A program made the position numbers and the translations under genes. 64,000 nucleotides of DNA, taken from assembly GCA_052426225.1 (NCBI GenBank), contig JBNJNM010000011.1, positions 496,001 through 560,000 of the forward strand. Reading direction: 5' to 3'. Below the pieces are notes generated by a model that worked only from the letters and a program-made list of their open reading frames with translations, searched no databases and was not told the origin of the DNA. This stretch comes from Zancudomyces culisetae HAW-14-8 (lineage: Eukaryota > Fungi > Kickxellomycota). Below are positions 12,815-25,651 of this stretch, in pieces; position 1 is the stretch's first letter; each line of letters begins with the position of its first letter.

Positions 12815-13634
12815 TTACAACAGCTGGTGGGTGGCTTTTTGAATTTCTTCACCCTGTTTCACAAGTGTGTCAATCTCACCTTGCCTATCGGCATACCTAT
12901 CCAACTCGCGTTCCAATTTTTGCTTTTCGTCGTTTAGTCGCTTTATCTCTTTCTTGTATTCTTCACTTCCTCCCAACTCATTTTGTTGAGCCTTTTGTTT
13001 TTTGACTAGACTCTTCGTCTCCAAAATCTCTTCAATGTTCTTTTGTGTCATTAACAAAATCAGTCCCAAGAGCAGTGTAAACCCAGTTAGATATATGTTG
13101 CGCTGCGCATACAGCATTGATATCAATTTTTGCATTGATTGTGTTTCATCCTGATGCTGATGCTCCTTTCGCTCTCTTTGGAGGCGGATACTTCTTACTA
13201 TTGCGTCAGAGAACAAGATAAAAACAAAGCCATATAGAAATCCTACATACTTTACTGCACTCTTGACCTGTTTAGAGCGCCCCGCGATCCTGAATATTGC
13301 TTTTTTCCAGCGATCTGGGAAAGGTAACTATTTTTTGTTTGTAAGTATTCATTTATCAAGAAATATACCTTCATGTTGTGTAGTTGCAAGCAAAATAGGG
13401 ATATTCAAATATAAATTAATTTAAAACCCGATAAACGATATAAAGTAAATACTATAGCTTACTATCAGTAGAACAAAGCAGACAATCTATTATTTTAATT
13501 CAACCATTTAGCTCTCTGATTTTTAAAACAAAAAAGAAAAGGATTTTAAGTTTCTATAGAGGTTCTGTATAAATTTTTTAGCTTACCTCGGCCGCCATTA
13601 TTCCAAATACCAAACCATATTGTAATGAAATCAT
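12815..13634 (-). CDS. BAP31/Yet-family ER membrane protein (3 exons: 13587-13634, 13463-13486, 12815-13327)
   Basis: Spliced MISLQYGLVFGIMAAE-IVCFVLLI-LPFP; LYAQRNIYLTGFTLLL BAP29/31 motif; C-terminal coiled coil. Confidence 0.88.
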
Positions 13635-14143
13635 GTTTCTTCTTTTCTTTTAATTTCGAATCAAGATAGTACTGACTTTTACGTATAAATTCAAGTCTAT
13701 ATTTATATTAATTTAACAATAAAAAAATAGGTTCCTCCAAAAAATATCTTTTATTCAGATTGACTTACAAGAGTATCAAAATCGCCGGATAGTTTTAACT
13801 TTGGTAAGTACCTGTTGTTTTTGATATTCTAGACGGTCTAACTATTTGACGTTTCAAAGCTTTATTTACCATCCAACACAGACATTATTCCTCTATTTGC
13901 ATTGTTTTGATTGATAAATGCTCTGCTTTGGTGGCTATTTCAATATCCACTTGACATTTGAATTGCCGAATAAGCTCAATTCTCCAACCAATTAATTATT
14001 TCCCACACACCCAATCAACAGTTTTGAGACTTGGCTTTGCTACTTTATTTTCTTTATTCGATTTTTTTTTGACAATATTCCTTTTTGACACTGTTTTTGG
14101 TGCTAAAAATCAAAAAAAAAAAAAAGCAAACCATGGAAACAAA

Positions 14144-15544
14144 TTAAAGCGGTTTCCTAATTAAAGAAGATCTATCAAACTGGTTGAGGTTTTTGTGTGC
14201 TAGAATTTGATAACAAGTTGATGAACCTTGTCTTGCTATAATGACTGACCATGCTAGGAATACCTCCCATACTCTGAACCACTTCTTTCCATATTTACTA
14301 GTTATAGCTTCTTTGTTTTCCAACCAACATTCGTACCAGCGGCCTATTGTCACTGAGTAGTGCACACCAATGGTGTCAACACTGCGAACCTCAAATCCTG
14401 CATGCTCCAGCTTATCAATCACCCAGTAAAGCGGACATGACGCATCTGCTCCTGGGAATACGTACTTGGCCATGAATAGCCCCCATACAAAGTCTTCGTA
14501 CTGCCATGCGGCACGAAGTCCGGCGATCTGCAAGTAAAACAACCCATCGTCCTCCAACATGTCGCGTACTTGCATCAGAAATGCACTAAAGCGACGAATT
14601 CCCACATGCTCTGCCATTTCTAAACAAGAAATCTTGTTGTATAAGGGAAAAGCTGGAATCTCACGGTAGTCCATGCACAGAAACTCGGCATTTTTTTCAT
14701 TACCCAACTCCTTTGCTTTTTCCTTACCATACGTTGCTTGGTTGCGTCCCAGTGTAACTCCAGTAGACTGTGTTCCAAATTCTTTTGCTGCATAATTGAC
14801 CAGTGTACCCCAACCACATCCAATATCCAGATGCTTCTCTCCCTTTTGCAGCTGAAGCCGAGTACAGACATCATGAAGCTTGTTTTTTTGTAATTCATCG
14901 ATTGTTTCTTTTTTGGTTGGTTCACCCACCAACCCTGAGGTATACACCATTGGTTCACCCAAAAATGCTCTGTAAAAGTCATCCCCGCGGTCATAGTGGT
15001 CTCTTACTTGGTCTTCATCCTGCTTCTTGCTGTGGAATAGTAGTTCTGGTAAAAACTGTGTCAAAAAAAATCGTACTTGGTTGACTGTTAGCCCAAATTT
15101 AGCCCAGTCATATCTTTGCTCAAAAATATCACGACAATCTCCTTTGATATTGATCTTACCGTCAAAGTAACTTTCAAAAAATTCCTCCATCGGAATCTTT
15201 GTGTACCCCTTGTATTTTGCTTTCAACTCCTGATCCACAATTTCCATATACGTTTCAATTGGTTGGTTTGGGAGTGTGCTTCGTGAGTAAGCTGGTGGCT
15301 TGCTAATCCAGGAGCCCACCCATATAAATATCCCCAATGCCGGCATATACAATATTCCTCCAAGTATGGCCGTTGTAATCCACGAATATCCCACAATTCT
15401 TTTAAACAGATATGCCAGTCCTAGTGCCAGGCCGATAACCAACTTTTCTTTGTGCTGCCTCGCACCACCACCCTCAACCGGCAATGTTGGGTAGTAAAAC
15501 GACCCAAAGCCCTTGTTTTTTTTGAGACTCATAAGTGTGGACAT
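14144..15544 (-). CDS. Sphingolipid C9-methyltransferase (cyclopropane-fatty-acyl-phospholipid synthase family)
   Basis: QVRDHYDRGDDFY, HLDIGCGWG SAM-binding motif, SCLEMAEHVG, YVFPGADAS; N-terminal TM segments typical of the fungal C9-MT. Confidence 0.92.
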   Translation of the reverse strand: MSTLMSLKKNKGFGSFYYPTLPVEGGGARQHKEKLVIGLALGLAYLFKRIVGYSWITTAILGGILYMPALGIFIWVGSWISKPPAYSRSTLPNQPIETYMEIVDQELKAKYKGYTKIPMEEFFESYFDGKINIKGDCRDIFEQRYDWAKFGLTVNQVRFFLTQFLPELLFHSKKQDEDQVRDHYDRGDDFYRAFLGEPMVYTSGLVGEPTKKETIDELQKNKLHDVCTRLQLQKGEKHLDIGCGWGTLVNYAAKEFGTQSTGVTLGRNQATYGKEKAKELGNEKNAEFLCMDYREIPAFPLYNKISCLEMAEHVGIRRFSAFLMQVRDMLEDDGLFYLQIAGLRAAWQYEDFVWGLFMAKYVFPGADASCPLYWVIDKLEHAGFEVRSVDTIGVHYSVTIGRWYECWLENKEAITSKYGKKWFRVWEVFLAWSVIIARQGSSTCYQILAHKNLNQFDRSSLIRKPL

Positions 15545-15939
15545 TTTTTCTATCCAGCTTTGCTGTTATTACCGCTGCTTTTCTTTTGTTCTGTTGATTC
15601 AAACTGTAACTAAGGATTGAATGCTCAGTTTGAACTCAGGCTTGTATTTCGCAAGAAACCCTTGTTTACACGAAAAACAAAGAATTGAGAAAACGAAACG
15701 AAAGGAACTGATCAGGTAGGTTTAGGGAAAAGTTGCAAGCCTGATAGTTTTATAGCTTATTTATGAATATTTCTCAGCTTATTTTCATTTTGTGTTTTTT
15801 AATTTATCTTTATTTAGTTTAATTCCCGGCCTTTGTTTCTCAATAATGTTCTATGTGACAGCCAACTAACGAAAGTATCCACTACAACTTTCTACAATAT
15901 TTTTCAATTATGACTCCCCCTTCTGGTTCGACCCTCCCT

Positions 15940-15990
15940 TTCACCCTTTCACTCTTTCACCATTTCACCCCTTGACCCCTTCACCCCCTC
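15940..15990. repeat. Degenerate 8-mer (TCACCCYT-like) tandem array upstream of the C9-methyltransferase
   Basis: ttcaccctttcactctttcaccatttcaccccttgaccccttcaccccctc shows 8-bp periodicity. Confidence 0.6.
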
Positions 15991-17074
15991 CCTCCCCCCT
16001 TATCCCCAAAAATCCCTTGGCCGATTTTATTTTTTTGATTTCATTTGATTTCCCCACTCTTGGAGTGATTTCATACCACGCCTATTTTATCGCGCTTTTT
16101 ATTTATTAAAAGAACAAAGTGCCTAAATTAATACTATGGATCAAATAGGCAATAAGAACCCTCCCAATCAAAATGTGCAAATGGTGCTAAAAGGAAAAAA
16201 TATTAGCGAGAAATTCTGAGATCGCCCACAAAAAGACACGCATATGCAATTACATAAAAAGTTGGTAATCATAGCCTTCAAGTAATGATCTACCACAAGG
16301 ATAAACCTATTGTGCTACACCTTTTCTTCCTTTCTGTTCTGGCATGCTAGTGTAAATGTGGGTAGAAAGAAATTGGAGTCATGTATGGACGTATTTGCGG
16401 TATTTGTTTCAAACTCAGCTAAAATATTTCCCATTTCCAAAAATACGACGCCAAACTAGCCAGCATTATTAATTTCAAACCATTTTTTCCAGCAATTCAA
16501 ACGAATCAAAAGACAATTTCTTTATATTCGTCACCATCTCTCTCTTTTATTTCCTCCAAACTGACATATTTTTTACCTGCATTAAATATATTGGGATGAA
16601 AACAATAAACAGTACTTTTAATAAGGCGTATCGGAATATGATTGGATACGATGAAAACAGTCAATGTCATCTAAATACCATGTAAAGTTTTACAATCTCA
16701 AATTCTATTTTTTGCTGCCTATTTTGCTACAAAGAGAGGAATTATCTTGCTCCAACACTAAAAAGCGTGTACCCTCTATCACACGAGATTCTTTGAGTGA
16801 GAAGGGGAGGAGGGGTGCAAAAACCTTGTACCAGTAGAAAGAACTCGCTCGTCACCCTTTTAGCCACATAAATAGCCATTCGCAAAAGTCTAATCAAAAA
16901 TGATATTATATCTGCTTAAAGATATATGTGATGCAAGTATTGAGCTTTGATAAAAAAACATTTTATTGCTAAGCTTTTAGTGAAACTAAAATAGAGCAAT
17001 TAGCTAGTCAAACAATTCAAAACAAAACAAACCGATTTTTAATAGAAATATGCTTATAACCATAAGTATCAATA

Positions 17075-17944
17075 TCAAGAGTATACTATTGAATCGATTG
17101 TAGTATTCATAACATCTGCAACCCAATCAACATACGAGTTTGCATGTACATAAAAAGAAACAGTGTTCCTACCGCATGTATTTTCATCATCTGTGTTTTT
17201 GGGGAGCCCCCACGACGTTATTCCCACTAACGTGTTGACCCCATTTATAGATGTTACCAAAGGACCACCTGAATCACCATGACACGAATCGCGATTGTCT
17301 AACGGCTCGGTACAAATTGTATGCTCATCATTACTAACCCACTCCTTGTTAAAACGTGTACAGTTCTCTGAACTGGATATTATAACCTGTGTTTTTAGCA
17401 GTCTATCAGCTGGTGTTGTAAGTTTGTAATCTGTTACACCCCAGCCTGCAACCTCCAATAATATCTTTGCGTCCAGTCTTTTTGTGTATATCTTTATGGG
17501 CGTTGCCTCCGATGATGGAACCTTTTCATACAGCTTGAGTACTGCAATGTCATGTGTAGAGTTGGTACCGAATCCTGTTGTGAATACTTGAGATGTATTA
17601 TATAGTTTTACCCCACTATCCATATCCATATTTGTGTACAACTGGTCGTGCCCAACCACTACATGTATAGCAACATCTTTTCTTAGTTGGTCATATTTTT
17701 GGACGCAATGTGCTGCTGTTAATATATGATACTCCCCTAGTAATGAACCCGTGCACACATATTTGAGTGGATTTTCCTTGAATTTGACAAATATCTGCGT
17801 CGTGAACCTAAAGTCCTGTATCTTTGCTGGCTCGCCATCTATTATAAAACTGTAACCTCTAATTCTTTCGCCACTTACAAGTAAAACACAGCAAAAAATG
17901 CATAATAAAACCCAGACTTTAGGTGATATTTGTGCTTGCATCAT
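17075..17944 (-). CDS. Secreted trypsin-like serine protease (peptidase S1)
   Basis: Signal peptide, IIDG mature N-terminus, triad motifs LTAAHC / HDIAVL / GDSGGP, and an Asp in DSCHGDS indicating trypsin specificity. Confidence 0.95.
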   Translation of the reverse strand: MMQAQISPKVWVLLCIFCCVLLVSGERIRGYSFIIDGEPAKIQDFRFTTQIFVKFKENPLKYVCTGSLLGEYHILTAAHCVQKYDQLRKDVAIHVVVGHDQLYTNMDMDSGVKLYNTSQVFTTGFGTNSTHDIAVLKLYEKVPSSEATPIKIYTKRLDAKILLEVAGWGVTDYKLTTPADRLLKTQVIISSSENCTRFNKEWVSNDEHTICTEPLDNRDSCHGDSGGPLVTSINGVNTLVGITSWGLPKNTDDENTCGRNTVSFYVHANSYVDWVADVMNTTIDSIVYS

Positions 17945-19885
17945 TTTTAATCAAAAAACAAACAAACAAACAAACTTGGGAAATCTTTATTTATATTGTA
18001 TATGTATCCTTTTAAGCTATTTTGTGCAGAACTGTAAAAATAATGTAACAACAAACAAGTATTGATCCCTAACACTCACTTTTACTCACTAATGTACGAC
18101 TATTATACTTCAATATAGTCATTTCTCCAATATAAATAGCGATGAATCCCAGCATTTAAAATAAATACAACCCGGGTTAGTATAAAAACAGATAACAATG
18201 CTAATAGCCAAAGAACGCCAACATATTATTTAGTTAAACTTTATTGAGGTTATATTAATATATACGTTTCAGGGCTATTGTTATCACGGACATAATAAAT
18301 GGTTAATGGTAACATACACTTTATGACAATTACAAGGTATAGCTCAGTTAAGAGAGAAACATATTGTTGTGGTTTGTTGATTTTGTGTAATAATAAGGCT
18401 AAGGTTCTTAAAATTATATAAATCGTATGAGCTTTTTTGATATAATGGTGTGAAACACAATCTGCCTAAGTTAGTGATCTAATTTCCCCCAATATTTCTT
18501 TCACTATACAGCTTATAATGTGAAACCACACCGAATTGGTTTTCATATTCTCAGAGTGTATGAAGAAATTTTTTTTAATATTTGAACTATATACTCTGTT
18601 ATTTATTAGCCACAAAGAGCAAATAATACTAAGCGTGATTTAATAAACATGCGAATATAAATTATATTGTGTCAAGAATATACGAGTTAGATGTTGTTTT
18701 TTTTAATAAGAGTCAATGTTATAAGAATTGGTGAGAGCTACAGCTATTAATTTTGAATAGAATACCCCTACTTCAAGGCAACGGATGTTAGTATTCATTT
18801 TCCCGATTTCAATATTCTATTTTTCTTGTCGTTTTTTAGATGTTGATTTATACTTTACATTTTATTTTATGATATTCAGATATCACTAAAACAAACTGCT
18901 TATTTGATTTGATCGCCCAACACACTCTTAAAGAAAGATCATCACTATTGTTCAAAAATAGTTTGTATTCTAAACATTGTTAAGCATTTGCTTAATATTG
19001 TAAACTGTCTTTGCTATAATTTACGACGTAAAAACAGTAGTTTCAATACAGACTCAGCTAGCAATGTCATATCATCTAAAGCTCAGAAAATTTCATAATG
19101 GCTTGTATACTTTATTTTATAAAAAAAATCCAGTTGTGTGATATGAAACTTTGTGAGTACAAAAGGTAATGCGTCCTGTTCAACGTGCGTTTTCGAGTTT
19201 CAACATATCAGAACATTGTTGAGTGTCTTTACATACTTCAAAGCTAGTGTTATCTTGAAATTTATTCATAGTTCTATGTGCTAGCAGAGTTTTGTTAAAT
19301 ACAGATATGAATGTTAATATTCAAAAACAAGGAAGTGTTGTGTACGCACTTTGCAGTTTGGATTGGGTAGAGTTTTGCTAAAACAGCTTTTTTTGTGTTA
19401 TAAATATTCAAACTAAAAAAGTACAAACAGTATTGGTCTTTATATAGAATATTTTGTATAATAACTACTATATTTCATTTGTTTATAATACCGAAAGTAG
19501 CATAGCAAGAATAATATTTTATTACCTGTCCTTAATTTTCTTCATCTAAACTGGTTCCTCACTTTAAGCACAACACGTAACCATATGGATGTGTAAATAA
19601 ATACTCGTACACATGTCCACCATATAAACAAATTGGTACCATACGGAGGTCTGTTCAACCAAGGTATTTTGGTGACCGCTTCGAATAAGTGCAAATGTTA
19701 ACCTCTACAGCATGAGTGTGGTTTAATGTAAACTTTTTTGATTTAATCAAAAAAGAAAATTTCTACAGAGAAATCACAACTGGTATCCACTTGAACGCTC
19801 TAATATTTAATCTAAGCGTTTATTTGTATAATTAAAGGCTTTTTCGTAAAAGCATAGCTAATCAAGTGAAGGAAAAAACACTAGT

Positions 19886-20335
19886 TTAATAGTAAGGGCT
19901 GATCCAGGAGTAGGATCTGGCCTTCACACCACCAAGTTGATCGGATGCCTTAGGCATATAGTTTGATACTCTTCTTGGCAAGAATTGGCATATTCCATAG
20001 CAGTCTTCTTCGGTACAGGCAATGATTACTCCTCTATACTTGCTCTGTTTTCCTGTTTTGAGGGAACCAATTCCATCCTGGTTATAGCACTTGTTTGGAA
20101 TGATTGTTGTATTCTGTATAGGGCTATTGTAATCGATATCACCATACAATTGAATGGATAGTTTAGTTGAACGCCTCCTTCGCTTTGGCCTATCACTACT
20201 TTCACTTCCCAAATCCAACTTAAGGTCATACTTGTCTAAAAGTTGGTTTTCATTCTGTTGGACATCATAAGAATTGACTGCACTTGCCAAGCTTGAACCC
20301 AAGATTATGGAACCTAGTACTGCTGCCTTGATCAT
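19886..20335 (-). CDS. Small secreted protein of unknown function (signal peptide, acidic pro-region, KRRRR site, 4-Cys mature domain)
   Basis: 149-aa intronless ORF, GC higher than its flanks, hydrophobic N-terminus ending in SLASA. Confidence 0.75.
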   Translation of the reverse strand: MIKAAVLGSIILGSSLASAVNSYDVQQNENQLLDKYDLKLDLGSESSDRPKRRRRSTKLSIQLYGDIDYNSPIQNTTIIPNKCYNQDGIGSLKTGKQSKYRGVIIACTEEDCYGICQFLPRRVSNYMPKASDQLGGVKARSYSWISPYY

Positions 20336-23300
20336 TTTTCTCTAATTACTTCTTTTTTTTTTGAGTAGAAAGTGGTTAGGAATCTAAAAAGATATTTCTG
20401 TTACATTCCATAAGAGACTGGAAATGCTGTCTGAATTTATACTGTTCTGCTATGTAGTAATACATAAAAATTTAAATATCAAGTCTTTATTTAGAACTGC
20501 ACATAACAGTATCACTAATAAGTATTAGTACAAACTCTAAAAAGTACCAGAGTGCAAAATGTATATTTAAAAATATGTCGATCAAATTCGAATGTATATC
20601 ATATTTGTTTCAAAAAGATTGTGAGGGCCTATTAGATGAGGTAGTTGTATATTTGCTTATATAAAGCACTTGCAACTACTGTTTGTAGGTTGATATACAG
20701 CATAGTCTAGATCACGGTCACAAATGAACACAAAAAGTTATTGGTGGTATAGTGGTGCACATTATCGAACCTCAAGCCTATAGAAAGACATGTCTGTATA
20801 TTATCAATGAACTAGTACAAAAAAATAAATTGACTAATAGCTACATACTTTGTGTTTAGAACAATGCTGATCAAATCTACTGCGTTTTAATATTCAAAAG
20901 CTATATGTTAGCATTTATTATCCTCGCAAAAAATGCTATTAGGATGCTGGTGACCAAACTAGTAACTATTTTTCACTTTTCTGTAGGTAAACAATGCATC
21001 TCGAATAGAAAAAAGTAATATTTAAATGTGAAAGATGCGAGACTTAAACTCTAGAAGATTAAATTAGTTTGACAGAGCTGAACATATTAAAATTTGAGTG
21101 TTCGGTTATTGGTGGCTTAATTAACCTAGATCAAGCTAGATAAATAAACATTTACAAAAAAGAGACACTTAAGGGCATTTCGATTAGCATGGCCTTGTAT
21201 TAGGTAATGATATCCTGGATGTGCTGGCGAAAAGGCTGTACTGCTGCACTGGCTCAGAGCAAAATTTAGTCCACATATAAATGAAGATACTAGGTTCAAT
21301 ATAAATCTTACATTATTTAATATGAGTAAATGGAAATAGTATAATAAAATGCAGTATAGTATTTCATCTTGGTTGTGTATGGTGCGATAATCCTTTTATC
21401 GAGGAAACGGAAAGAATATACTCGCTGAACCGGTTATGCGTGTTATTTTTTTTTACTACCTGAAGACAATTTAAAAGAACCAAAATTATTGCATTTTATC
21501 TAGCCCCCCTCCCCTTCCCCCCGCTTCTGGTATATTTAATAATTAATATTACTGAAAACCCCTGTTCCTAAATTCTAAAGAATAATTGATCGGCAAAACA
21601 CACTTTGAACACCCGAAGGTGCCGGAAGTTGAGGGACTAGGTCGATTGAACGCACATATTGGAAAATGTCATTTCACAACCAATATGTTTTTTAGCTGTA
21701 ATTGGCATATTTACAGGGAAAATTTCAAAAAGTACGCATACACCTCCGGTTCTGTTTTATGGTTTTTTTTTACAATTTTAAAGCATTTAGTAAATTGCAT
21801 GCTCGAAAGATAAAAAGTTTATAAAATTTGTTTGTTGGTAGGAATTGTTTAGTAAGAAAATTTTCAAATGGAGGGCTGTCATCTCTCTCTATTTAGAAAA
21901 AAAGATACGATTGAAGATACCAGACTACTCAAGTACAAATTTAGTTGGTGGTGATATACCTACAACAGGCTCAATCCGTATGCTTGCGTTCTATTCAACA
22001 TAAACTCAAAAAATTCGCAAATGCTGATATTTGGATGCTCACAAAGTATATTTATATCCAACGGGCCCTGGAATATCGATTCTTGTAGGCCTATTTATCA
22101 GGCCGCCCTTCGAAACTTTTTGGGTAGTCTCCATGATATAACGAGTTTACAACAGTTGAGAGAAGTGAATCTTTGAAAATAATTATAGCATTTCCACCAC
22201 AGTAGTAATCAAAAGTATTTTGAGCAGTTAGTAATAGTCCCTATATTTAGTTATGGAATCACAGAATTAGCTGTAGTAAATGTAATATTATTGGAAATTG
22301 CATTGCTATCTATTAAATTGATGGAAGCTGGGAGTGGTTCCTCTAACACAAGTGGTTTTTTGAGCCAAGATCTATTCAACGATTTTAGCATTTTAGTCGG
22401 ATCGGTTTATGGAGTTCCTAGTACACTGTATCATAATAAAAGGGATATACAAGTGTAACTCATTATTTGTATTTTGGGTCTTAAAAATGATTATGTCAAT
22501 TGACTCTTCACAAGTACGAAGTGTGCTCTCAACTCATGTATTGAAAATAAAATGTTCTTGTTGGAACAAAGCGATGATGTGGACCCCTGGGTTCTAGACA
22601 CACGTTACCCCAATGTAGAGGATTAGACTTTATTATTATGTCTTGTTCTTTTCACCTATAAAATTCATGAGTCGTTTGAAGTGTCACTATTCCTAATTTT
22701 ATCCCCTTTGAGACGAGATGATTTTCAACCTCAATATTATGGTATTTATTCAAAGACAATATAAATGTAGACCATTCTATGAAACCATGAATTTAAAAAA
22801 AAAACTGCAGGCTTCTGTCCGTTTTTTTTGAATCATCTCATTAACAAACAACGAGATTTCTATTTTTGGCGGGGGGGGGGGTCTGCACAAGTCGGCAAGT
22901 ATACCGTTAGGTACATTTTTATAGGTACCACATTCTTCAGTTTTTGTGTTCTTGATGCGTGACTGATGATTCCACCAAATGTTTTGATAATATTAACCTG
23001 GGAACATATCTAATGAAATTAGAAACAAATATACAATTATTTTATACGCTACCACCCCTTTTCTTTATAAATGAAGCCTTTATCTAATGCTAGGAAGTAA
23101 CTATATCAGCTGAATCTGAGCTTTGAACTATGTATTGATTTGCTTTCTGGGTTATATTCGCACTAATCTACTCCTATGTCGATAAATAACTAGTAAACAA
23201 AGTACTCGATGGCAAGTACATGTGATTCCACATTTTTTGTCAATGTATCATCCTATAAAATTATTCTAGCATAATACAGTTAATATAACACAGAATACTG

Positions 23301-25651
23301 ATTTATACTCATTAATTATCCCTTCAGTATCGCATTCCTTATTTCTACTAAACGCTAAGAAAGTTTAGTAGATTATAACATTTTGCAGTGAAAGCGCGAT
23401 TGATTTTAACATGGGTATCAACTGGTAGCCGTGATTGATTAGCAATTTTTTGTTTGATCAAAAATAAAAATGTGTACAAGGCTTACAATAAACTTGCACA
23501 GGAAAACATTGCCTGTGGTGTTTGTGGTGACACGTTTATCCATCGCGTAATTTTTTAATTGCTAAATCCCAATAGTACTGCTTTTTTCTGTAGAACTGAC
23601 TAATGATTTGAGGGTAAAAATGCTGTACCTGTGTACAAAAAAAAACTTTGAGTTAAGCTATAGAGCCCAGGATGAACATTTTTTGGTCAGCTCTAAAAAA
23701 GCCTTAGCAAAAATAGTGTTTTCAACATGATATTATTTTTTGGGGGGAGGGAAGGAATAGTTGCTTTTGGTGATTACGATAATTATTTACATCTGATAAT
23801 ATCATAATCAAAAACCAATATTATGTAATACGTGTTCAGTGATATAAAAGCACTATAAGGCGTAGCCAAGAAAATACACCACTGCTCACATGTGCCATAT
23901 TTGATAAAAAATGATGTTTTATCTATTATGATGGATAATTTTTTGTCAATGAGCACAAGGTTATTGTACAATAACTTGAAACAACAATATTACATAACTC
24001 TGACTTTGTAAACTGATGTTTGTTGAGCGATTGGTGATGAAAGCTTTGAAAAACTAGCGATTCTGAAACATTAATACCACATCATAGCCGCTATCGTATA
24101 TGCCGTTTTAACAACCCAAGTTAACGAAATGATGCTTAGGAAACAGACAGAACTGTATAAACTAATGTTGGGATAACATAGCGAGCCTATCGAGCAGATT
24201 TTTTCGGCATTTTTTTTATGTAAAAGTCTAGTTTGTAGACTCTTGATAACATAAGACAAGTTCCTAGTCCACTTTGGATTTTGACCATATTCAAACAAAA
24301 AAGTGAATAAACCAGGTTGAACCAGAGTCGACAATAAGCATCGTTTAGCAACCAGGCTTTGTTGACTAGAAATATGGTTGGGAATCTCATAACCTACCAT
24401 CAATTAAAGAAAAGCTATTTCCGACGCACTTTTCCTCTCAAGTAAGTGCCCCAAATTCGAAAAGCGTTGTGCGAGATTTTTACTTTGTTACTTGATCTCA
24501 ACAATTTTTACCTAATTGATCTCGCGCTTATTTTAGTCGAAGTATGTCTTTATCTTAACAATCTATTAATAAAATAATCTAAAATGTTGATGTTTTTGTT
24601 AAGGGGTTAATGTTTTTGCTGTTGAGTATGGGATGTGGAACCTTCCACTAAGAGCACAACGTTTCCAAACTAACACAAAAGCAAGCAAATCATATTAGAA
24701 CCCTAAAGGTGTATATTTGTTGCGCACGTCATTGCTCTCCAATTGATGTGATGAAGTATTAAGCATTAATCTTGCACCCAATTTATAATCAGTCCTGCTA
24801 TCGGCAATTTAGTTCATTCATCTTCATTTCACTCATTATTGTTAGCCCAAAACTACAGTTTTAGCATTGATTATTAACACCAAGCCTGGGATATGCTGTA
24901 CACAACAATTGTAATTTCTAAAAAAACAGCCAATCGACACGGTGATGCCAAAGTATTTAAGTATTTCATTGGTTTGGTTACATTTCCTTAGAAGGCAAAG
25001 TCCCAAAAAAATAGCCCTGGACGGTTGGATTAGTAAGCAATAATAATTGGATTAAACGCATGCCTTACGTTTCTGAAGCAGAATAGGGTTCGCTACGAAG
25101 CACCATATGCCCTTTTTAGAATTGTTACCCATTTACTACCAGCTTCAGCATGATAGATTTGGATTTGCTAAAAAAAACTCAACTGTTATTCTAAATGAAT
25201 AACGTAATTGCGGAACATTTTGCTCTTCACTACAAAAAAAAGCCCGTTACTGAACTATCTGACCGATAAAGCATCATACATAATGAAATATGTTGTATGT
25301 GTTGTTTACTTTTTTATGGCTCTATAGAACAGCGTTAGAAAATTTAGGTGTGATTTAAGCAACTTTTTTAAAACTTTTTTAGAGGGGGTAAAAAAAGTTA
25401 TTGTTTTTAGTATGGGTTTAGAATTTGTACCTGGCAACTGTTAACATTTCTTAATAGCACAAAAACAGATGGTTGATCTCAAAAACTAATGCTATGACTT
25501 TTAAATAAAACTATAAATAGTGTGCCGGCGTTTCTGTTGCTAACTTTAGAGAACTTCAAAGATATTTGAAAACATAAAAAAAACGCAGACTTAACTGTAA
25601 TCCAAATCCAAACATAATTCTAAACCTAAACCTAGACTTAGTTTCAAAAAA

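Noticed and set aside
24071-24403. 110-aa ORF and other short ORFs in 20.4-25.5 kb and 57.6-61.4 kb
   Set aside because: No recognisable motifs or splice-consistent extensions; composition resembles intergenic DNA.
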